Positions 1 through 14,150 of a stretch of DNA of 64,000 nt are shown here, one piece after another. Below the pieces are notes generated by a model that was not told the origin of the DNA, searched no databases, and saw only the letters and a list, made by a program, of their open reading frames with translations. The position numbers and the translations under genes were made by a program. Within the stretch, counting starts at the first letter, position 1. Each line of letters starts with the position of its first letter. The DNA is from Schmidtea polychroa (Eukaryota): contig CM097885.1 in the NCBI GenBank assembly GCA_044892525.1, forward strand, positions 8,186,001 through 8,250,000, read 5' to 3'.

Positions 1-1357
1 AAATTTAAAACGATGCTCCGACTTTAATTAAAAGGTTTCTTTAGGATTCGGCCCATTATATAGTGCTTATTAGATCATTTATGGTACATGAATAAATGTA
101 ATTGTTTATTTCATTTTCACCTTGAAGTAAAACCATCATTTTTTATTCTTGTCCGTTTTTTTATTTGGGGGGACCGGGCCCTCCTGGGCCCCCCCGACGG
201 TACGGGTCTGGGGGCCTTTTTATAATTTTTTTTAAAGAAAAAGGTTAATTTGTTTCCTGCTGTTATATAGTTAAAATAATAGTTTAATTTCGAAAATAAT
301 ATTACATTTATTCATATATAAGAGTAATAAACATGAAGTACCATTCATAAATAAAAAAAACATTAATTTAGAAACATTTTCTTCTAGATTTTTTCTATGC
401 AAAATCTTCAACAGCAACTTTAGAAAGGTAATAATATATGAGATTTAATTAAATACTTCTTTACTTATATTACATAAATATAATAATCTGCAAATAATAA
501 AAAGATGTAATAAGTTTTGATAATAATAATACAAAATTTGTTAGCCTAAGGGTAAATCCAGGCCTGGGTATACATTGTTATTTTATTGACACATTAAAAA
601 GTTCATATATTCATATTTTAGGAGATTTATAATTTTATTTTATTAAACCAAGGAAAGGTACCAAATGCAATAGTTAAGAAAATCATTCAAAGAAGTGAGA
701 GTCCCCTACATATAGGTATGATTGTAAGGTAATTCTTCCATTTGGAAAGTGCACCTGTACATATCCACTTACCTCTTTCTATCTAAATTGCGGAAAAGAT
801 TATTTTCATAGCATTAAAGATATATTTGTAAAGACATCTTCGAAAGGTTAAATTTACTTTTCTCGCTCCCTTGAGTATTTTACATTCGGATAGAAGGTTA
901 AAACTATAATATATAATTAAATGTAGTTTGTTTATCGTAAATCGTAAAATTTAATGAGAAAGATAAATAATGCAGTTGAACATTGGAAATTGTCGGGTGT
1001 AAATATTTCAGTTCCCTTACATGTTTACCAGTACAACATTTCGTCATCTTGATTGATGGCATCAGAATATCTTATATGTATAAAATTTCGCATTTTATTA
1101 ATACAAATCGTATAAAATATATTCATTCTTGTCACCTGAGCCGGGTTCAATTGTATAAACTCAAATTGTAATATCCTGAGTGGATCTTCATTAATTTATC
1201 CAAGTGAAAATATTCTAACTATATTTTATTAATGAGCGTTATATTCATGTTAAAAGGTCTTCTTTGGAATTTTCTAGAAATTTAATTTACTCGACAGTAG
1301 AATTTCATTTTTATACATTTAAAATTCAATTATACATCATTGCTTTTATTTATTTAA

Positions 1358-1599
1358 CCTCTTAAGTGGTTTATTTCGTCAAACGAAATGCGCTTCTCAG
1401 CGGCGATTTTTGTTATCCACTAGCGTATATATACGTCTTGGGTATAGTGTTACAAAAAATAAAATAATATCTTATTGGATGATATTTATTAAGATAATAT
1501 GTTAACAAAAGTAATATTTATGATATATTTTTAACATATTTTGTCAATTTAGGTCAATTTAGGTGATGACATATATATCCGTCATAGCCACTTAAGAGG
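1358..1599. mobile_element. piggyBac-type non-autonomous element (MITE)
   Basis: Perfect 12-bp TIRs CCTCTTAAGTGG / CCACTTAAGAGG, flanked on both sides by TTAA (1354-1357, 1600-1603). Confidence 0.8.
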
Positions 1600-1613
1600 T
1601 TAATACCAATTTT

Positions 1614-2363
1614 GGATCATGTAAAAAAAAGACTCGGCGGGTCATTTATTTTGCATGATCGATTTAATTTATTTTTTAATAAATTAGCCATGAACTTTAA
1701 GAATGAATTAGAAAGAATAATTGTTATGAATGAAGAACAGCTGGTGTCGTGGTTCTTCAGCAACAATATTGTTAAGGATAGAGTTGATTGTGATACTTGT
1801 AAGGTATCCATGCCTCTTAAAAAGTGAAAACAAATGGTTGTGGTTTGAATGGAGATGCCATAATTATAAGTGTCTAAAATACCAAACAACTCTCAGCTTA
1901 AGGAAGCACAGTTCTCTATCAGATATCGTCATTCCTCTGCTATTGGTCACAATGTCTAATTGTAAAGTTTGCGAATGTATCCAGATTCAATATCAAAGAT
2001 TCGAAAGCGGTTTATATCTAAAATCGAGGAGTATTATGCTCGATTCCTGAATGCTGAATTTGAAGAACAAATTGAAGCTGAAAATAAAAAAGATGAAAGG
2101 ATTAAATGATGATGGTAGAAAGATGTTTGTTTGGGAATTTTCTTTCATAGATCATTTCAAATGCGATTCGTACAACAAAATGATTGAGTTACAGCGGTTA
2201 AGGACTGATTAAATTATTTGCATTTTATAGTTTTTAATTAAAAATTTAATTTAATTTGGAGAATTTGAAATTCGATTACTGAAAGCTTTAACTGAAGTTC
2301 TGAAACTAAAAAGGGGATATATGTGTGCGATATTTTTTAGGGGTCATTATTTTTACATGATCC
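1614..2363 (+). mobile_element. Merlin (IS1016/ISXO2-like) DNA transposon, internally deleted
   Basis: TIRs GGATCATGTAAAAA / TTTTTACATGATCC and an 8-bp TSD (CCAATTTT / CAAATTTT, 7/8). A broken ORF encodes a Merlin-type N-terminal Zn-finger pattern (DCDTCKVSMPLKK ... EWRCHNYKC..TLSLRKHS). Confidence 0.75.
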
Positions 2364-5116
2364 CAAATTTTCACAACTGGCTTTTTGCACTAACCCTTTC
2401 TGTGCCTTAGGTGTGTAACCGCGCTCTATATGTCAGTGCACATTAGGTCGACTATTCAAAATAAGCAAGTTAATGCGCTTCACTTTGTATTCATTTTGAT
2501 AGCAAAGATCGAATTTTTCGTGTAACATAAAAATATATTAGGAAAAGAGGCGCTATAAATAGCACCTTGTCTTAAGGCATTACATACTGTAAAGATTATT
2601 GATTTTTATCTCTCTATTTATAGCGTGTTTTATTTATTTTATTTTATTTATGTTTTTATTTAATTAATTTATAAAATAATTTTTCAAATATGTTTTTTAT
2701 TTTTATGGTTTTTATTAAGTCATGTGACAACCCTAACCTTTAAACCCTCTACTGTCTATTAAAAATTTTTTAACTCAAACCTTTTGTGTTTAAATGTTCT
2801 AGGGTCGTTGAAAAATTTGTCATTAACTCTTCCTTAAACGATTTCATGACTATTTTAATTCCTATTATCCGTGTTCCCATGACAAATATCATGGTGGTAA
2901 TGTATACAGTGGCTAAAAAAATTAATGAACAGGTAAGTTCCATTATTTGAACTAATCCTCTTTGCATTTTCATTTTCGTATTCATAACTGCCGATAGAAA
3001 ATCTTACGTAGCTTTATCATTCTGTATACCTTATTTGGATTATTGCAATTTTAAAGCCCTTTTTCACATGACCCTCCTTATCAAATGTTACAGTTTCCTT
3101 TCAAATATTTGAGAAGGAATTTGCTTTTATTTCTGGTTTTGATAATTTATTTCTATACCTATTCGATTAGGTTTTTATTATTTAAGAAAGTTTAATATTA
3201 TTGTCTTATCAGGATGTTATTGAAGTTCATGTCTTTCTGTCATTTATTTGTAAAATTCTAACTTTCCCTTGCTAATTTCATCTTACTAGAGCCGATCCTT
3301 AGACCCAGCCAGGTCCTTCAAACTGTCCTTACATCAGTGGATTACACTAAAGATTGATGAATTGTTCCCACCTGAAAGTTAACCATGTACCAATAGGTCA
3401 GTTGACCAGACGTGTCCAACTCAAGGAATTTTAGTTTCAAGTCTGCAACGTTTTATCTTCCGACCATCACTCAAATATTTTGGAATTCTGATGAAATACA
3501 TGATAAAAAAAAGAAAGACGAGCTGGATATTTATTGCAAAATATTTACCATAACATTGCTTACACATAAACAGAATTTAAGATAACACAATCAGAAAATG
3601 TTTAAAATAATTCACCATCGTAGGCGCTGAGTCATAAACGGGGAAAAGTTTCCACAATCATAAACGTTACATTGCGTAGAAAACTTTCCGTTAGTGAGTT
3701 TCAGTGGCTAGGATATTGGTTTGGGAGTCTGAATGTTACCTAGCACTCGTAAGAGTAAAATATTATTATATATATTAATAAATGATTATATCGTGCAACT
3801 TTGTATAATATATTATTTATTAATATAAAGGCGCCATTAAGATTTTCCCAGGGCGACATGAGATTTCACTATAATAATAATAAAATGGGAGAATTACCCA
3901 ATCAGAATATTCCTCACAACTATTGGGAGTTTCTAACTAATGGCTGTCGTCAATGTTTCCTAATGAAATATTTTATATTCTGTAAATGGGAGTAGAAATT
4001 CCTTGATAAATCGACTTCCGAAACATCTTTTTCTTTGTCTTTATACATTACCTGTTTCATAAATCAGGCGGTAGCGCTTGATTCATTTTCAAAGAATATT
4101 TGAAATGATTTTTATAAACATGTCATACAATTATTATACATGTTTTTAATATTTATTAATAATTATTATTTATCTCTAATAAGAATATTTAAACAAAAAT
4201 TGTTCTCGAGAATTCTCTAATAAAAAAAAAATAAAATAAAAAGTTTTTTTTAATTAAATTACTTTTTTTCTTCCCTTTTAAAATCATTCTACATCTCTGA
4301 CTAATAAGAGCTTTATAATATTTCATTTTATTATAAACCTGACATTTTAAATATATTATTTATGATATTTAATTATTACTGGCGTTTATATAATTGATTG
4401 TTTGCACTTATAAAACGAGAAATTGTAATAAATAAACTTATGACAAAAATCAAGAATTTTAAAAAATGAGTTGGATTTAACTGCTGACCAATCCGAAAAT
4501 AAAAATATCAACTCAGAGCAACCAAATTGTTAATGGAATGTTTACCATATCCGGTGATATGACGCACGAAGATCAAAAGAAACTAAAGATCGGATTAGAG
4601 ACAGAAAAATGAATGTTGACAAATGGACAGCGATTGACAAGCACATTTAATTGATTATTAGTGACCAAGACATTGTGGGGAAACGTCAGAGAAACAGAAA
4701 CAACAGCTTCACAAGTCAATACATTCACTATTGCAGAATCAAAGAATTGGCTGCTCTGGAACAAGAAGATGATCAAGTATTTGCAGAATTTGTAACTCGA
4801 TTACTGAAAGCTTTAACTGAAGTTCTGAAACTAAAAAAGGGATATATATGGTGATGAATAGACGCTCCTATAATATAAAATAAATAAATTTATATTATAG
4901 AAGCACCAACTTACCTATATTTATCACTCTGAATGTTAGGAAAATGAAAATGGGCCGACATAAATCCTTGCGAGCCAAGTTGAAAATTAGTGCATTACCA
5001 AAAACTAAAGAACATTTAAATAATTATTTATTTTAAACAAATTAATACATTATATAGGATCATAAAATATTACTAAATAATTTTTCTAGTCTTTTGCAAT
5101 TCGGATCCATGATAAC

Positions 5117-5240
5117 AGGTTCACTGACAAATCGTTCACCGACATTTGGTTCACGACGTTCGGTTACGCATTTTTTTGTTATCACTTTAAAATTATTAAA
5201 AACTCGTGAACTAAATGTCGTGATCCATTTGTCGTGATAA
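5117..5240. mobile_element. Small MITE-like remnant with inverted subterminal repeats
   Basis: Left GTTCAC/GACATTT-type repeats are mirrored by GTGAAC/AAATGTCGTGA repeats on the right. TSD not resolved. Confidence 0.4.
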
Positions 5241-6164
5241 CTACAATTCAGTCATTAATTACATCATCAAAATTTACGGAATTTTCTACCTCACTGTCTA
5301 TAAACACAATAACCAGAGATGTAAAACGATGTTGTATTTTGTTTGTTTGTCTAGTTCTACGTAAGATCATATGCTACGTACAAGCGATTTTCTAAAGGTA
5401 AAAGGGGGGCAGTATATAAAATTAACATGGTTAATTCGGGGAAGTACAACAGCAGAAAAAGCAATTGTATTTGTTAATTGTAGCGCAAAACCATATAAAG
5501 GTCAGGGCCGGGTTCGGGGGAACGCACTGACCACATCGCGCCGGCTTTGATTGCAAAATTGCACACTTTTCTCAAAACCTATTGAAATATCAGCCGGTAA
5601 AGCAAACACTAGCACGAATACGTAATTTCTGAGGGAAAAGGTAACTTATGCAAACTTACTGACGCGTTAGGGTGAGGTGAAAGATAAGGAGTGACAAATT
5701 GGAATATGAAATGTTGGTATTTCTCAATCTGATCGTGGGTCGTATTGTTCAAATGGGACTCAAAGGGTTACGGAACTTATTTATAGAATATATTATTGTC
5801 AGAAACCTCTGCTCGAATAACAAATTGCAATTTTGTGCGCTTTTCATTTATTAAGGAATATTTTTCTCTCAAATATTCTGTTTCCATCAATTTTTATGAT
5901 CCGCAGAGAATTTTAAACTCGCCGGTAATTTTAATTAGTAGTCTACATTTTTGCTCAATAATTCCTTAGATATATTTTCCATACTCAAATGGTAATTTGC
6001 AATTAAATTGAAATATTATTCCATTTTATAAATTTATTATTTATTACAAATTCAAAAACTGATTGTTTGAAGAAATATTAAAACAACAGATGCATATATT
6101 TGATATTAATATTAATGCAATTATTAGTTATATTTACGTAATATTGATATTATACATAAAGCTT

Positions 6165-6167
<3 letters not shown>

Positions 6168-6257
<90 letters not shown>
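6168..6257. repeat. (TA)n microsatellite
   Basis: Direct read. Similar tracts occur at 28957-29068 and 53312-53424. Confidence 0.97.
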
Positions 6258-6260
<3 letters not shown>

Positions 6261-6917
6261 CACTGACTAATGAATAATGTTCATCTATGTATTCATACAA
6301 ATCCTCTAGATCCTTAAGCTGAAATTTATCTTCGCAAATTAATTCCAAATTGAATAATTAAAGATTACAGGGCCTTGTTGAAGTGAAAAAGACATAGTAT
6401 TCTGAAATAGCATCTATATTTGACCACAAAGCATTAGTGAAATTATTAAGTGTCAGTATGAAATATCGTGAGAAATTTCAATGTAATATCATAGCCGCAG
6501 AAAGACATGTAGAAATGGTTATGGACAAAGTAACATTAGTTTACGACAAAGAACTGAATCCGGAAAATGTTTATTTCTTACTCGAAAAAATTCAGCACAC
6601 CATCTTTATCCTGCTAATAAGAAACTATATTATTATTTTTATTATCATAAGAAAAAAAAGAGAAAAACATTTTTACACCATTACTTTATCAGTTAAAAAC
6701 GCTAAAGGTAATTAGATGCACTTTTAAACAGTTTCTGTGTTTCGACTAATTTTTTAGTCCGCAGAGGTGATTATGATTTTTCATACGCCAAGTTCACAAG
6801 TTTACAGATTTTCTGTGACCAAGCTAATAAGCAAGTGATGTGATTTTCCGTGAACCAGATAAAGTATGCAATATTGTATACTTACCTGGCGCGAAGAGAA
6901 ATCATCGCGTCTCCTGC

Positions 6918-6959
6918 ATATTACTGATGAGAGCCAAAAGCTCGAAAGTAGTCTACTAT
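6918..6959 (+). ncRNA. Minimal type-I hammerhead ribozyme motif (canonical core)
   Basis: ATATTA-CTGATGA-GAGC(CAAAA)GCTC-GAAA-GTAG-TC-TACTAT. Intact CUGAUGA/GAAA core, 4-bp stem II, GUC site (cleavage after 6953), stem I 5/6 paired. Confidence 0.7.
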
Positions 6960-6998
6960 TGAGATTTGCACTAAGTATCGCAAAGCTTGTGCTGTCTA

Positions 6999-7509
<511 letters not shown>

Positions 7510-10239
7510 AATAAATAAATAACAAATTTTCGATTGCAAACTTGAAATAAAAAATGAAAGGTAATCGTAAATCAATATACACTTTTTATCTATTTAATCA
7601 TAAATAAATCATAGAAAGCACCTGACATCAATTAATTATAAAGAGTCCTCTGAAAGAAAACCCTCCCCTTTCATTGTTCTTTTTGTTTTGACTTCAATAA
7701 ACATGTAAAGTTGTTTTGACAAAGGAAATAATCAGCTAGAACTTCTTCACTAGTCGCACATGACTATTCAATAATTTCTTTCGCTTTTTTGTTGTTTTTG
7801 AAAATTTAAATTATTTTTATTTGTTTGTTTGAATGAGGTATTGTATTTTTATATGTTGTTAATGATTAAATAATGAACGTTGAATAATCATTAAAATGGG
7901 AAATTTGTTTATTGGAGAATGACTCCTAGAAGTTTGTTTTACTCGCAAAGTCATTTATAATTTCCTTGTCAATCAAGTTTCCAATGTTCGAAATTCTGTG
8001 TTTTAATGTCTATTTTATTATTATTGATTTTTCAATGAGAACTCTACGATTTCTTTTATGCTCAGCAGTTAATCAAAATTTTGAAAGTATTACTGGAGAA
8101 AAGTTATAAAATTGCAAGAAAACCATTAGTTTATTCCCTATATTTGTTGGATTTGACAAGTAGATGAGAAATTTCCTTCAACTTTGATAAGGCGGTGAAG
8201 ATATTTTATTGAAGCATCTTTCGGATGTATCCTAAAGCACGATCAAGAATTTAACAAAATACAAATCTAATAATACATCATGAATATTATTCAATTTTAA
8301 TAGATATTAATTTATTTATTATACAATGAGTAGAATGATTTCTCTTTCGTTCGCCTTTGATCAGTTTTTATTTTCATTTAACTTCATTTTGACTATGATC
8401 AATGTTTTTCTGATTATCATAAATTTAGAGAAATGCAATGCCGAAAATACAAATTAACGAAATTCTAAATTATTATTTATTATATATTGTTTTAATGCGT
8501 AACATTCTGTAAAACATCATCCTATCTATCAAGATATCAAGTTTAGAAAAGATTTGAAAATACTAAAATTATTAAAGTTCTGTGCTGACTATATCCTAAA
8601 TCTTCCCATAAAAAAATTAATAACATTTTTATATTTTCATTAGTAACTTTAATAGGTGTTCAGTTAATAAAATTTCTCCATTTTTTTCATTTTATAAATT
8701 TTAATTAAACTTTTAATTTAGCTTAGAGTTTTCACAAAAAATTATATATTTTAATTTTCACGTATTTATTATAAATAAAAATAAAATAAAATAATTTCTT
8801 AATTACAATTATGTAGCAATTAATATTCCGAACAAATCAAAGCCTATTTTAATTCTAAACTACAAAGGAAATTGATTTAAATAACTAATATTATTATTTA
8901 TTTAATTAATAAATTTAATCTCTTTATATTTTCAAAAGTGAGATAAAACAAAACAAAACTGTTTTAAAATTGTATTTATTTGGAAATTGCAAAACAAACA
9001 TACAATATTAAAAAAATAAATAAAATATATTAAATTTGGTCATTTGAAAATTTTTTAATTAATTTAATAGTTGGGGCACAAAAATAATAGTTTGGGAAAC
9101 TCTTGCTTAGACGATTGCAGGACAAACAGAATTTCTTCTAAAATTCATCGAATAATGGAGATTTATTTATTTTTCTAACCAATCACAATGAGACAATCAC
9201 AACATTTATCTAAATAAGTCTATTTTTATTATCACTCTGAAAATGTTTTGGAATTGAGGTGAATAGATTTAATATTTGAATGTTGCAATTAACAATTATT
9301 AAAATAATGGATGAAGACAGTCAACATTACCATGATGAAATGAATAATTATTATTTTAGTGGACGTCTAAAAATATAAATATATCAAAAGAAAAGATTTA
9401 TGATAGTAGTTATTGCTGGGGTCAGAGTTGTATATAACATAAAAAGAAATATAAAAAAATGCTGGTAATAGAAAAAATATTATAAAAATGTGTTTTGCTT
9501 TAAAAAAATTTTCAAACAAATAAAACTTGAAGTTCACGTTTTCATTTTCAAATCCAGTTTGCCTAATGCAAGCATCCACATTTTTTAGTGGCATACAGTC
9601 AGGTTCACCCGACCACAACAGTTTGTACAAAATAATATAAAAAAATAAAAGTTATATAGAAACACTCAAACTTACCTGTTTGTTGAATGTTAGTGTTTCA
9701 GGAATAATATTAAAATTAAGAAAGTGGTTGAAAAAATAATTTAACACACCAAAACAACACAGTAAAAATTTCATGTAAACTTTGATATGTAGAAATGTTG
9801 CATGGAATAATTACATTTAAAAATTTTATTATTGAAATATTTATAAAAAAATATGACTGGAAAGATTTTTAATAAAAATTTAGACAACTCTACTTTTAAT
9901 TTTCGAGAAAATGAAATTTTGTAAGATTTATTTTATAGTTTTAATAAATTTAATAACCTTTTGCAGTAATTCAAATATTTCTGAAATAACGGAGCCAGGT
10001 ACTTCTACAGTTTCATTAGAAGTTTGAAAAAAACTCGTAAATAATAAGTTTTTTAAAATTAAGTTAAAAAAATAATATTTTGATAGCATTTTACAAAAAG
10101 GCAAAATCAGAATTATCAAAACTTTGGAAAATGGAGAAGATTATTATGATTTTATAAATTCATTAGGAATTTTTTAAAGTATAGTCATAGGCATTATTTT
10201 ACAATTATAAAAAAAATATGGTCAAATAATAAAAATAAA

Positions 10240-10730
10240 GAGGTGGTGATAAACGAAGAAGCTCAAAAGAAGACGGAAATAAATTATCAGATTTCACTGA
10301 AAAGATGCGCAACTACTTGTTGCATCAAAATCAATAATTTCCCGATTTTTAAAGAATCAATTTTTTTAAAAAGTTAAAGCAGCATGATATTCGGATAGCG
10401 TCCTCGATATAAGAATGGAATATGTGACGCAATTTCTTGAAGAATCTTGACGTGTTAAAAATCTGGTATATATCGATGAATGTGGCTTCAACACAGGTAC
10501 CAGTTAAACTCTGGGGGAAAAGAAAAAAGGGAAATAAATTTATGAGACAGTTACACTAACACAGGGTCAAACATGTCACTGGTTCTTGCTATTTGTGTAA
10601 AAGAACCAATACATCAAAAATTAATTATAGGATCTTACAAAAAGGACACCTACTGACTTTATATATTTGAAGTCACAGCAAAATAAAATGGCACTGGATA
10701 TTGTCTCATTCCCGATAATATTCACGGAGG
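10240..10730 (+). pseudogene. IS630/Tc1-like DDE transposase remnant
   Basis: Frameshifted motifs RGGDKR (10240), LVYIDECGFN (10463), MSLVLAI...IIGSYKK and LIPDNIH. Confidence 0.7.
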
Positions 10731-12502
10731 ACTATTATCTCAAAATAATTTCATCTAACATTTCCTGCACCCAACAAAAAGCGTTTTCAGTGAAATCAAA
10801 TGTAGTATTATGAAAACAATATCAAAAGTAAATGGATTCAGTTCAATGTTTTTCCCAAGTATATTTAATGTTGTCAAGTAAGCTTTGAAGTGGGCTGAAT
10901 GAAAATATTTTTATGAAAACCTTAAAAACCTTTTTTGTGCAAATCGCATTTTTCCGAAATTTTTAAAAAAAATTGAAATTTTTGAAAATTATTTTTTATT
11001 TTTAGATAAATTATAGTGTAACTTAATTTAAGTCAAAATAAATCCAAAATTTAATGCATAAATTCATAAAAATGCTGAAAAAAAGTAATTAAATATAAAT
11101 TAAAATTGAAATTTTGTATTAAAGTAATATTTATGAGCTTGAATAATGCTCTCATAAAAATTCAAGCCTTTAAGTATAATTTTTGTGTTCTTCACGGCAA
11201 TTTCCAAAATTCATAGAAATAATAACAAAAATGATGATTTATAAAGTTGGTTTACACACTAACAGGTATTATAGATGTTATAAAACCACAGAAATGTATC
11301 GAATGTAAAATAAAAATGGTTTGAAAATTATGTAACATAAATCAAATAAATTATGATTTAAATCTTATTAATAAATTCTATTTAAATTTTCATAAAGTAA
11401 AATAAAATGTTGATTTAAAAAAGTTCTTTTTGAATTTCTAATAATTAATTAAGTTTTTAAATTTAATTAAATTGAAAATCTTATTGATTTCAAAAATAAT
11501 AAATTTATCAATCGACATTAAAAAATCAATTAATATCATCTTTAACTTCATTGTTTAAATTAATTAATAATTTGAATAATTTTAAAAAAGAATATTGAAT
11601 TAATGGGAAAAATATTATTTTTTTTGATATATGATAAAAACACATCAAAGTTAAAATTTTGTATTTAAAATTAAAAATGAAAATATTTTTTTTGAATTTT
11701 TCAAATCAATTAATGAAGCCAAGTTGAACTCGATTATTTTGTTAATAACCATTTCCGTCTCCCACAGTTATGCCAATGAAAATGAAAGCATTTACCAATT
11801 TTTATTTAGCAATAATATAAAATTAATTTAAATTAATTACAAATATTTTAATTTTAATTAGTAAATTAAGTATTTATTTTTTCCGAATACAATATTTCTT
11901 ATTTTTAGTATTTATTGAAATTTTAATTTTTTTTTAATTCGTCAGAGAGTATTTGAAATTTTTTTATAAATAAATCTGTTGTGAATTAATTACAAATAAT
12001 CAATAAATTGCACTCTTATCCATAAACTTTAATATAAGTCTGGATCACTCTTTTGAAAATATTGTGTTTTTCTTAATTCTTTGCTACGTCGATTTTCAAA
12101 ATCTTCTGAAGGATATTGCGTATTAATATTGTTAAACTTCCCTGAAGAAATTAAACAATTAAACAGAAATGTGTTGTAAGAGGTCTGTAAGTTTAAAAAG
12201 TGGTACAGATATGTTTAAAAGTTTTTAATTAAAAATATTATTAATATTGTAATAGGAGCAAATTTTTAAATTTTCTAAAATATACATCAAATATAAAGTC
12301 GGCTTGCTTAGATGTTTGAGAGTAAAAGAAAAATCCAAAATAATTATATCAATTGCTTTTTTATGTGGATTATATGCATATGTTATTGTCATTGCATTGA
12401 GTAATTTGTCATTATGAGGTACACAGTTTTGCAGTCTGTCATTTACAGAGTTAAATTTGGAATGGAATGTCTGTGGATTTTGAAATTTGAAACGCTACAT
12501 AA

Positions 12503-12599
<97 letters not shown>

Positions 12600-12608
12600 T
12601 ATTATTAC

Positions 12609-12683
<75 letters not shown>

Positions 12684-13503
12684 AATTAATTAGGAGTTAA
12701 AATTAAAATACTAAATTAAATTAGTTCATGATTAAAATTTGTAAAATTTTAATTGAAACTTAAATTATTTTAAGATATTAAAATTGAAATGATAATTGAA
12801 ATTTTAAAATAAAATAATTTTTAATAAAATTGAAATTCAAGTATGAATGCGATGGTATGTTGATATTTGGTTGAAATTAAAATTTAGAAAATGTCCCAAG
12901 AATATTTGTTTATATAATCAGATTTAATGAAATATAATTTTGGATTTAATAGTCTTATTAATTTATTTTGATGACAGAAGAATTAAATGTTATAGCTTCT
13001 AATAATTATTATTATTATTATTATTATTATTATTGTTTATAATATATTTCAATTATTTATTTTTTACATGAAAAGTTTGTGAAATATGTTTTTGTAATAG
13101 TTGATACCGGAAAAAACCAATGATTGTAATTGCGATAAAATTTGGCAGAATTTAGCAGAATTGACTTATCAATAGATATTTGGAATTTGATTCTGCTCAT
13201 TTATATTAATATTTCTGCTGTAGATATAATCTACTTTTTATTGACATATGTTTGAATTTGCGTTCTAAATTCGGAATATTAATGTCGAATATTTATGTTC
13301 ACTTAGAATGAATAATCTATAAATAATAATAAATATTTTATTATGAATTTATCAAAATTAATAATAATAATAAAAACAAAAAGATTGTTTCTTGGTAGCG
13401 GTATAAATTAGATATTAAACATAGATAAATGTTAACATAATCCTTTTTCTGCAAAATAGGTATTAAATGAAAAAATATCGATTATAAGTTATCATTTACT
13501 TGT

Positions 13504-13610
<107 letters not shown>

Positions 13611-13899
13611 CATACTAAATGATGTGTCAATAGAATAAATCTGATAAACCTAATAATTAATTTAAAAGTTTTTCTAAACTTTTTGTTTAATTTATCTGAA
13701 AAATTGTCAACCGTATTTCAAAGCCTAATGTGATTTATAGAAAATTAATTTTATTCAATAACTGGTGAGAAAATGCTCCTAGAAAATTTTAGGAAAAACT
13801 GAAATTCAATTTGAGGAGGAAAGAAAATTGGTGTCATTTAATAAGGACAGTCTGGAATTGCAGGAATTGGACATTTGCAAAACTTTTGAGGATATTTGA

Positions 13900-14150
13900 T
13901 TCGTTTATCAAATGGCATATTCGTTTTGTTTCACCATTTTGTGGTTTAATACTTTAATATGGCCAAAATTTATTATTAACTATTTGACCATAGCTGCATT
14001 GGAATACATGATTCCGGGAATTCTTTTCATATTATATTTGCCTATTATATTGATACCTTTTCTTCGAGGAATTCAATAATGCACGGATATAATTTCTTGA
14101 TTGAGATAATATATAAATATTTACATTAGGGTAATCATTAATGTTTTCAA
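13900..14150 (-). pseudogene. Possible decayed LTR-retrotransposon integrase fragment
   Basis: Minus-strand IPGIMYSNAA and NGETKRI resemble the integrase GxPxxIxSDNG and NGxxER motifs. Heavily degenerate. Confidence 0.3.

Noticed and set aside
560..1260. Possible BEL/Pao RT remnant on the minus strand (SLNDFL)
   Set aside because: Only one short motif, too degenerate to call by eye.
6878..6893. ATACTTACCTGGCGC matches the 5' end of U1 snRNA
   Set aside because: No U1 stem-loop I loop, stem-loop II loop or Sm site follows. The match is one strand of a hairpin in the retrozyme-like element, so it is not called a U1 gene, although a captured fragment cannot be excluded.
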